Shown: in pieces, positions 63,804 to 64,000 of the stretch
How the letters are laid out: every line of letters starts with the position of its first letter
How positions within the stretch are numbered: position 1 is the stretch's first letter
From: Terriglobia bacterium
GTDB taxonomy: Bacteria; Acidobacteriota; Terriglobia; Bryobacterales; UBA6623
Reading direction: 5' to 3'
DNA: 64,000 nucleotides
Assembly (NCBI GenBank): GCA_009838515.1
Contig: VXRL01000002.1
Span: 83,248-147,247, forward strand
The notes under the pieces: generated by a model
What the model was told of the DNA's origin: nothing
Database searches by the model: none
What the model saw: only the letters and a program-made list of their open reading frames with translations
Translations under genes and position numbers: made by a program

Positions 63804-63847
63804 AACTTCGTAAACAACAAACCGTGCGGAGGAACTGGAGGAGTAGG

Positions 63848-63919
63848 AGCGGGAGACCGGAGTCGAACCGGCACCTCGGGATTTGGAGTCAGGCGTGCTA
63901 CCGTTTACACCACTCCCGC
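63848..63919 (-). tRNA. tRNA-Trp(CCA)-like gene with two mismatches in the anticodon stem
   Basis: The minus strand reads GCGGGAG-TG-GTGT-AAACGGTA-GCAC-G-CCTGA-CTCCAAA-TCCCG-AGGT-GCCGG-TTCGACT-CCGGT-CTCCCGC-T. The acceptor, D and T arms are good. The loop CUCCAAA gives anticodon CCA. Positions 28-42 (C-C) and 29-41 (U-C) do not pair. CCA is not encoded. Confidence 0.6.
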
Positions 63920-64000
63920 GTCTGATTTCCCGGCCCCTCCGCACGTCCACAGGGGCCTGACAAGAAAGGCTCCCGTAGGTGTTGTACGGGAAACGGTTTT

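Noticed and set aside
62600-63850. Terminal inverted repeats or target-site duplication for the IS1-family element.
   Set aside because: I compared both flanks by eye in both orientations and found only weak, gapped similarity. I am not confident enough to report IS ends.
1-64000. CRISPR arrays, rRNA genes, prophage or defence-system gene sets (restriction-modification, CBASS, retron and similar).
   Set aside because: I saw no regularly spaced direct repeats and no rRNA-like sequence. No gene combination resembles a known defence system. The Fic gene is the only toxin-like element, and it has no obvious partner.

Overview
High-GC (about two-thirds G+C by eye) bacterial chromosomal segment. 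Gene content suggests a soil Acidobacteriota- or Planctomycetota-like organism (inference): a DUF1592/DUF1552 pair, many Tat-signal oxidoreductases, an ASPIC/UnbV-type protein and an ACIII-like module. I can support about 60 protein-coding genes, two tRNA-like genes, one IS1-family transposase gene and two decayed gene remnants. There is no rRNA and no CRISPR array. Most of the window is ordinary housekeeping or periplasmic metabolism: asd, hemE-hemY, rsmE, meaB plus epimerase, eda, metW and yhhQ. The items most worth a second look are these. (1) One uninterrupted 1401-aa ORF fuses a complete topoisomerase III to a complete RecQ helicase. (2) A lipoprotein rhodanese gene has an in-frame TGA exactly at the catalytic Cys position, so it is either a candidate selenoprotein or a pseudogene. 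(3) A Tat-signal thiamine-pyrophosphate enzyme is flanked by a c-type cytochrome and a translationally coupled small protein. (4) An ACIII-like respiratory module stops after actD, next to a lower-GC Fic island and about 540 bp of ORF-poor DNA. (5) TAnnnT boxes recur 5-7 nt upstream of start codons that lack a Shine-Dalgarno sequence, suggesting leaderless transcripts. (6) Two tRNA-like genes with abnormal anticodon arms bracket a small IS-containing segment. All functional calls come from motif recognition by eye; no database search or folding was run.
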